The notes under the pieces: model-generated | What the model was told of the DNA's origin: nothing | The model's database searches: none | The model's input: only the letters and a program-made list of their open reading frames with translations | Translations under genes and position numbers: made by a program | In this document: positions 54,136 through 64,000 of the stretch, in pieces | Layout of the letters: each line of letters begins with the position of its first letter | Numbering within the stretch: the stretch's first letter is position 1 | Assembly: GCA_951406725.2 (NCBI GenBank) | Contig: OX597828.1 | Location: 49,786,001 to 49,850,000 of the forward strand | Length of the DNA: 64,000 bases | Source of the DNA: Octopus vulgaris | Lineage: Eukaryota | Direction: 5' to 3'

Positions 54136-54848
54136 GTTAATCCAAACATGAACAAAGAGAAAACACAACGTGAGGACGTGGAATATGTATAGTGTTATTG
54201 GACGCTCAGTGAAAGGAAAGAAAGGAGAAGGATTTCACATTTCGAGCAGAGCTCTTCGTCAGAAATATAGAAAAAAGGAAAAGTCCAAAGAAGGGAAGAC
54301 TGAGAAAGAAAATCGCCAATGCTACACACGTGGTCACGTATCGAAAAATATAACAGAATCACTAATGTAGTGATGAGAATGTTTTACTTCTTCGAAAAGT
54401 CTGTTGTGTACAACCAGAAATACTGAAATATTGATTGTGTCTGGACTTGCCTCAGCAAAAATATTGAAAGTAAACAAAAGGTAAATCAATGCGCAAGTCA
54501 AGAATATGTCCTGACAATTCGAGTATTGTGCTGCATCACCACCTTCCAGCTTCACAAATTTTCACAGATCTCCATCATTTGACAAGAACACCAATTATTC
54601 AACTGAGTTATCTGCTCCTGAATTTTTGTGCAAGTGGCTAAAGCACCCACAGACATGTGCACCCTTAAAGGTAATTCTAAGTATGAGACAATGTGACAAA
54701 GTCGTACCTTTTGAATTGTTGGGACAATCCACTTAGTGAATTTTCAGATTTTTCTATATGCTAGGCCACTGGTCTTAAATTGATGTTAATTAAATTAATA
54801 TTCAATTTATCACTCTCATTATTTAAATTACATATATATATATGTGTG

Positions 54849-55136
54849 TGGAGGCGCAATGGCCTAGTGGTTAGGGCAGCGGACTCGCGGTCGCAGGATC
54901 GCGGTTTCGATTCCCAGACCGGGCGTTGTGAGTGTTTATTGAGCGAAAACACCTAAAAGCTCCACGAGGCTCCGGCAGGGGATGGTGGTGATCCCTGCTG
55001 TACTCTTTCACCACTCTTTCTTCTGTTGGCCTGCTCGCTTAGCCAGCGGGGTGGCGTCATTCGAAGGCTAAAACAATGCGAACGCATTGTGACCAGCGAT
55101 GTGTAACTACATCTGATGGTCTGGGTGATCACGTGA
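54849..55136 (+). mobile_element. Young tRNA-derived SINE
   Basis: TGGCCTAGTGG and GTTTCGATTCCC boxes, CpG-rich body, inserted in a (TA)n tract. Confidence 0.82.
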
Positions 55137-55844
55137 TATATGATATAACAACAAAAAACTGAGACCTCAGTATTAGAAAAATAGAGGATTATATCATCAT
55201 CATCATCGTTTAACGTCTGTTCTCCATGCTAGCAAACAAACAGTGAAAGGTTATCATTATAGTACTTGGAGTTTCAAATGTCAGAGCAGTTTCCATTCAC
55301 AAGGTATTGTTCAAGCGAAGGCCATAGAAAATTACATTTGACCAAGATGCCATACTTTGGAATGGAACCCACATCCTTGTAGTTGCAAAGCAAACTTTTT
55401 AGCCATTCTGCTATGCTGCACTTAGAAATTTTTATGCCTTGAGAAAGCAAAACAGCTATTCTTTATCTTTTTAGATTACTTTACTATGTGTAAATTTAGC
55501 AATCATGTAATGGATTTTTCTTTATCACCATGAAATTAAATAATGCCTGAACAAACAGTGGAGACATACGAAATGGTGAAAGGATTAATACAAATGAATT
55601 GTATAAATATTTAAAAAATCTTTACTTACAACAGATCACCAGATCATTTATTAAAACTTGAAAAAAATGCATGGGAAATTTGATTTTCAATGGAGTGATA
55701 TTTTGTCATTTCCAGTTTGTAAATATTTCTTAAACAGAATTCAGAATTTAAACGGTTTGGCAAAAAAACCAAAAAAACTCTGCCTCTTAAATAATTCATT
55801 GGGTGTATACTCCAAACTGAGTATTCATATAATAATGTAGCTTC

Positions 55845-56183
55845 TCTTTCTTTTATTTTGTTTCAGTCATTTGACTGTAGCCATGCTGGAGCACCTTTAG
55901 TTGAGCAAATCAACCCCAGGACTTATTCTTTGTAAGCCTAGTACTTATTCTAGGTGACAGGGACGTAAACACACCAGCATCGGTTGTCAGCCGATGTTGC
56001 AGGGACAAACACAGACACACACACATATATATATACGACGGGCTTCTTTCAGTTTCTGTCTATCAAATCCACTCACAAGTCTTTTGTCGGCCCGAGGCTA
56101 TAGTACAAGACACTTGGCCAAGGTGCCATGCAGTGAGACTGAACCCAGAACCATGTGGTTGGGAAGCAAGCTACTTACCACAC
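55845..56183 (-). mobile_element. tRNA-derived SINE, family A head (minus strand)
   Basis: cttaccacacagccactcctg is the reverse complement of the family A head. Confidence 0.8.
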
Positions 56184-56513
56184 AGCCACTCCTGTGCTAT
56201 TCATTCTTATTATGCTATCATAGATTTAAACTCAATCCAGGTTTCAGTCTGATACAGCTTTGTTTCTACAGCTTGATCCCCTTCCCAATGCCAACCACTC
56301 CATATGGCACAGATGCCATTTGCAGGACACCAACAACAGCCACAACTATGATTTCACTTGATGAACCCTCTCAAGCACAACATATCGCCAAAGGTCCCAG
56401 TCACTTGTCATCGCCTCCATGTGGCCCAACATTTGAAGATCATGCTTCACCACCTCATCTCATATCTTCCTGGGTCTACTTCATCCACAGGTTCCTTCCA
56501 TATGATATATACA

Positions 56514-56544
<31 letters not shown>

Positions 56545-56606
56545 AAACATGTAACAACAAAAGACTGAGACCTCTCTCTCTATATATATATATATATTAT
56601 ATATAT

Positions 56607-57133
56607 ATTTAAATAATGAGGGTGATAAATTGAATATTAATTTAATTAACATCAATTTAAAACCAGTGGCCTAGCATATAGAAAAATCTGAAAATTCAGA
56701 AAAATTGTATTACATGCGTATAAGAAGGGATGACCACAAAGTGGACATCCAATATACTAGAAATAGATCACCTACGATCTAACCACAGGTGATCCATTTC
56801 TAGCACATATTGGATGTCCACTTAGTGGTCATCCCTTCTTCTACGCATGTATGTATATATATATATTGATCATATATATATATATACATACATGCGTAGA
56901 AGAAGGGATGACCACTAAGTGGACATCCAATATGTGCTAGAAATGGATCACCTGTGGTTAGATCGTAGGTGATCTATTTCTAGTATATTGGATGTCCACT
57001 TTGTGGTCATCCCTTCTTATACGCATGTAATACAATTTTTCTGAATTTTCAGATTTTTCTATATGCTAGGCCACTGGTTTTAAATTGATGTTAATTAAAT
57101 TAATATTCAATTTATCACCCTCATTATTTAAAT
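56607..57133. repeat. About 527-bp essentially perfect palindrome with a nested hairpin in each arm
   Basis: Arms of about 260 bp centred on TGATCA (56867-56872). Confidence 0.92.
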
Positions 57134-57167
<34 letters not shown>

Positions 57168-57466
57168 CAACAAAAGACTGAGACCTCAGTATTAGAAAAT
57201 ATAGGATGCTTGGAGTTTCAAATGTCAGAGCAAAGAGTTATACATTCTCGTCAGCTATTAATGGTAACAGATGCTATGAAAAAATAAGCCCGTTAAACAA
57301 AAGGGAAGTAACTCTAATAGATGGAAAAATAAAAAATATATGCTTTCATATTCTCTCAATACATAGACATAAACCTCCTGCATTCATGTCGACATACTTA
57401 CACACTCGCACAAACGTGTATGCACATGTACACACACAAACATATGTATGTACATACATGCATGCT

Positions 57467-57516
<50 letters not shown>

Positions 57517-57554
57517 CAACCTCATCCTCATATACACATAGTTGCTTACATGCA

Positions 57555-58656
57555 TACAGATATCTTCATTTATTCAAAGATATAAAGAATCGGGAACTGT
57601 TGAAAACAGAATAAGATCCAGTGCATCACACAAAATTTCCCCTAGATCTTTAATAAAAAATGAAGCGAAGAATTGAAAAAAACGGAATGATCACCAGAAA
57701 GGAGTTGCAAGAAGATTTGCTAGCTTCAGGGACTAGTGTTACACTACGAACAATCAGCAATGAACTGAAGTCACACTCTCCTAGAAAAACTCCACTGTTG
57801 ACTAAAAGGCATAGAGATGCCCATTTAAAATTTGTTTATGAACATAAAGATAAATCTGATACATTCTGGGAAAATGTTCTATGGACAGACGAGTTGAAAA
57901 TTGAATTGTTTGGACGAAATTCACGTAACTATGTTTGGAGGAAAAATACAATTCCTGCCGTAAAGTTTGGCGGTGGCAACATCATGGTGTGGGGGTGTTT
58001 CTCTGCAAATGGTACTGGCAATTTACATGTGATAGATGGTAGAATGAATGCAGTGATGTACCAAAATATTTTGAACAATAATTTATGGGACTCTGTAGAA
58101 AAGCTCTAGCTTTGTGAAGGGTGAGTTTTACAACAGGGTAACGACCCGAAGCACATGGCGAAGTCTACGAAAAAATGGATTGTCGATCACAATATAAAAT
58201 TATTAGTTTGGCCAAGCCAGTCACCTGACTTGAACCCCATTGAAAATTTGTTGCATTATTTGAAAATTAACATTCATTCAAGAGCCCCAACATGCATTGC
58301 AAATTTGAAGAAAATTTGTCAAGAAGAATGGGAAAAAATTCCTAAAGAAACATGCAAGTCATTGATTAAGAACTACAAGAAGAGATTGGTTGAAGTGGAA
58401 CTGAATAATGGTTATGCTACAAAGTATTAAATCAGAATTATCAGTTATTTATGTTCTGTACGAATACTTTTTTCACCCTTAAATATTTATAATTGAATAT
58501 AAATTCCTTAGTTACTATGATTTATTAGTTTCTTTTGCATATTCTTAGTTTATGCATGTGTATGCAAATATAGTATTGGTATATCCCATTTATGTTCATT
58601 AGAAATTAAATAAATAAAGAATTTTGACATATACGAATATTTATTTCCCCCCACTG
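57555..58656 (+). mobile_element. 5'-truncated Tc1-family transposon, transposase pseudogene
   Basis: [60 protein letters not shown]; stops near 58107 and 58122; right end ...CCCCACTG|TA; TACGAATA motif repeated at about 58459 and 58632 (IR/DR-like). Confidence 0.92.
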
Positions 58657-58817
58657 TATATATACACACACATATATATATATATACACACACACATATA
58701 TATATATATACATATATACATATAATTTAAAAATAGGATAAAATCTTTTTTATAAGAATTTATCAAGTAGTCAGCACGAAAAACCTCCTAAGGGAAAAAT
58801 TATAATTATTGCCTTTA

Positions 58818-59200
58818 AATATATTTATTTATATGAAGGGCATTACTAGACAAAAATACCTCACGCTATGAGGGACTCAAAGTCAAAATTACCATTATAA
58901 TTAGTGTACCGAACACGAGGGAATGCAACTCTTGACACGAGCTCCTTAAAAACAGATTCAGCCGCAGATCATATGATTTCATAATTAGTGCACAAAATGC
59001 ACTGAGAATTAAGAAGTGCATTTTGTGCACTAATTATGAAATCATATGATCTGCGGCTGAATCTGTTTTTAAGGAGCTCGTGTCAAGAGTTGCATTCCCT
59101 CGTGTTCGGTACACTAATTATAATGGTAATTTTGACTTTGAGTCCCTCATAGCGTGAGGCATTTATGTGTAGTAATGCCCTTCATATAAATAAATATATA
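58818..59200. repeat. Fold-back element with about 185-bp arms and an 11-nt loop
   Basis: ...gtgcacaaaatgcact-gagaattaaga-agtgcattttgtgcac...; few mismatches; flanked by (TA)n. Confidence 0.9.
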
Positions 59201-59814
59201 TATATATATATACATACACACACACACATATCAAATTAGCCTTGTTTTAAAATATAACAAATAGGTACAAGCATTGCATTTTGCAGCATATAAAAATACA
59301 TTCACTGATGCAGTGAATTACAAAAAAAAAGCACCTGAAGTTTTCCTACTCTTCTGGAATTTGCTGACTCACTGCAAAAACTTGTGATACACCTGCCTAC
59401 CAGGCATTGCAAAGTGGTCGAAAACATCTGGATTAGAGGGAAAAAAAAAAGCCTTTACTTAATTAGTTATCTCCCTTCATCTTCTAAGCTTAAATCCTCC
59501 CTTCTGTGATCGCCTCTGTCATATATACTTCCTTCAGGCTTTGAATGTTAAATTACTAGTCATAAGTGGTTTGGAGTGTTGTTGCTGCTACACTTGCACC
59601 ATTCCCTCTTTGCAATCCATAAAGAATGACATGATGAATATGTTCTTTGCTTGGAGGACAATACAACTTTCAATGATGATAAAATTGGCAAAATCTGAAA
59701 GAAAATTAAATATTAATGATTTTATCATATTTCAAATAGAACTGAGAAGTTAAATACCTTTAAATCTAGCTAAATATTTGCTTAGAAAAAACCGAACAGA
59801 ACTTTCATTACAAC

Positions 59815-59850
<36 letters not shown>

Positions 59851-59853
<3 letters not shown>

Positions 59854-60220
59854 TCATCGTTTAATGTCCATTTTCCATGCAAGCATGGGTTGGACGGTTT
59901 GACTGGGGCCTGGGAAGCCAGGAGGCTGCGCCAGGGTCGTCTGATCTTGCAGTGTTTCTACAGCTGGATGCCCTTCCTAACGCCAACCACTCCATGAGTG
60001 TAGTGCTTTTTACGTGCCACTGGCACAGGGGCCAGAGGAGGCTGGCAAACAACCACATTCAGATAGTGCTTTTTACGTGCCACCAGCACACGTATCTTAA
60101 CTGCAATTTCCATTTGATTTTTATTTTGATGTTGGTGTTGACGTACTTGACTCAATAGGTCTCCTCAAGAACAGCAGGTCACTCTACGATCCAAAGTTAG
60201 CACAGCAGGCCATCCTGCAA
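59851..60220 (-). mobile_element. Family C retroposon (minus strand) inserted in (TA)n
   Basis: Reverse-complement core and tail. Confidence 0.78.
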
Positions 60221-61517
60221 GCCTATATATATATATATATATATAGGAAGAGAGGTTATAGGCCACTGACCATTAGGGTCTGAAGAAACGGTGTAAAGCT
60301 AAGCGCTTTGTGAATGTGAAACCCAGCGTAATCCCATAGACCAGATTTTATCTAACTATTCTACTGCTCTAGAAGTTTCAGTGTACTTCTCTTTCGGATT
60401 ATGATTTACTGATGATTTATATATATATATATATATATATTCTGTTGTGTCTGGGGAGAGTCATTCTCTTTTAGTACCTTATTATTTAACACACTAAAAG
60501 AGAATGACTCTCCCCAGACACAACAGAATATGCTTCAACACACGAACTCATATAAACAATCTTGCAAACCAAATCCAAAAACGAAATATATATATATATA
60601 TATATATACACATACATACATTTTATATATATATATATATAACTGGTGAAGACCTGTCTAAAGGTTACCCTGGGTTTCTTGCCATAAAGATATTCTACTT
60701 CTTAGAGTGTGTCTCTCTTCTGTTTTTATGTGTTTTTTTATAAAAAAAAAAAAAAAGCGATATATATACTCAAACTGACTCAGACTCCAACTGTTTGTCT
60801 ATTGGCTTGGCCAACTGATTGAGTAGCAGTGACATTTTTAATGTTCTGCAACTTAGTAGACCAATACACAAATACCACTGGTATAAGTACCTTTCTTTGA
60901 AGCGAGAAGGGCTTGGCATCAGGGGAGAACATATGACCAAAAAATTCTGGAAGTTTAATAATGACAACAGGGCTATCTGAGCATGCACACTGTTAGACTT
61001 TCGGATGAAGGTTCCTTGCTAATATCTCCTCATTGGCATTGCTTTAAGAAGGCACCACTAGCAGTGCTATCTTAAAGCATGTGCACTTTGGGCAGTTGTC
61101 TGAGCCCCGCCACCAACCTCACTCCCTCAAGTCTGGTACATGGAAACTTTGCAGAAGCCTGTTATAAAATACGTGAGTGTGTGTCTGTGTGCATTTATAT
61201 GTATGTGTGTATATGTGCATCTTTATGTTGGTTTCTCAACTCTTGATAAATAAGTGTTGGTTTATTTACATCCCCTCAACTTATCGCAGTTTAGTGAAAA
61301 GAGACCAATAGAATGAGCATCAGACTTAAAAGTATACACTGGTCTTGATTTAATCTAGTAAAGCCATCAAGGGAATACTCCAGCATGGCCACAGTCCATC
61401 GATTGAAAAGCATTCAAAATACTTTTTACATCTTTTACTTGTTTCAGTCATTAGACTGTGGCCATGCTGCAGCACTGCCTTGAAGAATTTTTGTCAAACT
61501 CATCGCTCCTATTACTT

Positions 61518-61527
61518 ATTGTGTGTG

Positions 61528-61585
<58 letters not shown>

Positions 61586-61592
61586 CTCATAC

Positions 61593-61626
<34 letters not shown>

Positions 61627-61980
61627 TCATACATATACATATATGTGTATATATATATATATATACCTATATGTATATATATACATATATGTATATATAT
61701 ACACACATATGTATATTCATATATATATATATATACACACATATATATATATCATATATATATATATATACACACACACATCTATATATTCATATATATA
61801 TATATATACACACATACATACATGTCCATATATATTTAAACGTACACATATCTAAATATATAAACCTATATATCCGCATAAGCACGTACACACACACACA
61901 TACACAAAGATTGATAGATATATGCAGATATGTACGTATGTATGAATGTATGTATGTACGTATGTATACACACATACATT
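61518..61980. repeat. (TA/CA)n compound microsatellite
   Basis: Direct reading. Confidence 0.95.
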
Positions 61981-62542
61981 TATTCATGCATAACACATTA
62001 GCTGTGAGTGTATATGTGCATTGGCACCTTATGTTGTTACTCTTGTAGGTCCTCATTTAACAAAAAAAAAAAAAAAAAGAGAAAAGAAAACATACTCTAT
62101 TGTATGCACTGAGTGCTACTCCTCTCGTTCGTAAAACTAAAGTAACGTATATGCCTATCTACAAACATTACATGCTCCATTTGTAGGTGACTCCATCTCA
62201 CCAATCTGCGACCATATATTATTGTATGAATGTCTAACTATAACTTATTATTATAAACATCCTAGTAAGTCGATTACATAAATAACTCCAATAGAGCGCC
62301 GACAATACTTCATGTCGCTATATACATTACTTTAGTACACTTCCCCTCAATTGACTCTCTCCCTCTCTTCGCAAATAGTTTTACTTTATTATGGACTCTA
62401 TTAGCAGATGTTAAGCCGAGTTGATCTGTGCGACATTTATCATGTAACGTTATCATCCTTAGGTAAAATATTCACCATGTTATTTTACGTAATCGAGCGG
62501 CAACAGTTACCATGGTGCAGAGCTAATTTTAAATCGGCCCTC

Positions 62543-62573
<31 letters not shown>

Positions 62574-62637
62574 AATGCATACATTTTATATACACACACA
62601 TATATATATACGTACATGTATATCTATCTATACTCAT

Positions 62638-62672
<35 letters not shown>

Positions 62673-62864
62673 ATATACACACACACACATACATATATAT
62701 AAATATATATATATATATATTGCTAGATTGACTAAGAATATAGATAGATAGATAGATGGATGGATGGATAAAAGATAGAGATGTATCTAGTGTAAATAGT
62801 GTGGTTGGACGCCGTATAAAAAAATGTTTTTTTTAGTCAAAATTGCTAAATGCGGACGCCCCCA

Positions 62865-62915
<51 letters not shown>

Positions 62916-63370
62916 TTCTCTATCTGTCTGTCTGTCTGTCTGTCTGTACATACGCGCGCGTGCGCGAAAATACTGAAGCTGGTGTGAAAAAGATAAGTAA
63001 AAAGACTATATATAAATGTCTAAAACTGAAATGAAATATTTTGCAGGCACCAGTAATATATATATCGAGTTTCGTGTCACTAAACTTATATTTTCCAAGT
63101 CATGGAGATGGCCTTGTGTCTACCAGAGAAATCCCACACGTTCACACCTATCCACACATCGACACTCTGCCGTTTCCATTGATAATTTCTATCGTAGCTT
63201 TGACACAACAACAGGTTTCCATTGATTTCCGATGATTAACATAAAAGTGGGCGCGTCCAAAGAATTCAGGAAATAATACTTGTAACTTCCGGTCCGGTTA
63301 CGTACGTTTACTTCCGGATACTAAGTTAACTCTGAGTTTCATTCAATTATTTCCTTTCCATCTTCACCTC

Positions 63371-63374
<4 letters not shown>

Positions 63375-63411
<37 letters not shown>

Positions 63412-63430
63412 ATAATAATTATTATTATTA

Positions 63431-63470
<40 letters not shown>

Positions 63471-63484
63471 CATTATTATTATTA

Positions 63485-63543
<59 letters not shown>

Positions 63544-63610
63544 TATTATTGTTATTATTATTATTATTATTTATAACAAATGAATGAAAGAAGATTCGTT
63601 GAAGCTACTA

Positions 63611-63672
<62 letters not shown>

Positions 63673-63701
63673 TAATAATAATATGAACTGCTCTCTCACT
63701 C

Positions 63702-63733
<32 letters not shown>

Positions 63734-63816
63734 TAATTATTATTGCTAGTTGAAAATTATTATTATTATTATTATTTAGTAGCTTCAACGAATCTTCTTT
63801 CATTCATTTGTTATAA
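63375..63816. repeat. (ATT)n/(AAT)n microsatellites with an inverted unique 40-bp block
   Basis: ttataacaaatgaatgaaagaagattcgttgaagctactaaa at 63571 and its reverse complement ending at 63816. Confidence 0.9.
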
Positions 63817-64000
63817 TTAACAGTGGTTTGAAATAATATTTTACGAAAATGAAAACATCCCACATAGGAAAAAATAAAATTTTTTTAATGATAAATTATG
63901 TTTTCTTTGATAATGTTTCTGAAACGATTTCAATGAAAAATTGAAACCAGATGTCAGTAGTCCATCATTTTACTCCATTCGTAACAAACATTTAACAGAA

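Noticed and set aside
54849-54925. tRNA-like sequences here and at 29106 and 25001
   Set aside because: They run straight into SINE bodies with no proper acceptor stem or terminator; these are SINE heads, not tRNA genes
60770-60988. 72-aa minus-strand ORF in non-repetitive-looking DNA
   Set aside because: No recognisable domain or convincing splice sites

Overview
AT-rich, repeat-dense animal genomic DNA; the SINE families and (TA)n load point to an octopus (inference). Two intron-rich housekeeping genes sit head-to-head about 250 bp apart. On the minus strand is the U1A/U2B''/SNF spliceosomal protein gene (6 coding exons, 258 aa, plus a non-coding first exon). On the plus strand is retromer subunit VPS26 (9 coding exons, 335 aa). 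The rest is mobile DNA: a near full-length CR1-type LINE in VPS26 intron 2, RTE LINE fragments, a mariner, a Tc1, a non-autonomous Helitron, piggyBac- and Merlin-like MITEs, several SINE families and fold-back palindromes inside (TA)n tracts. The best new signal is a U1 snRNA stem-loop II mimic (loop AUUGCACCAUCC) in the 3' UTR of the U1A/SNF gene. It lies beside a 5'-splice-site-like sequence and between two poly(A) signals, making it a candidate invertebrate autoregulatory circuit. Also notable are a G_GGA_AAC -1 slippery site joining LINE ORF1 to an ATG-less ORF2, and a 40-bp G-U-biased intronic hairpin. All exon boundaries were read by eye from GT-AG sites and frame continuity.
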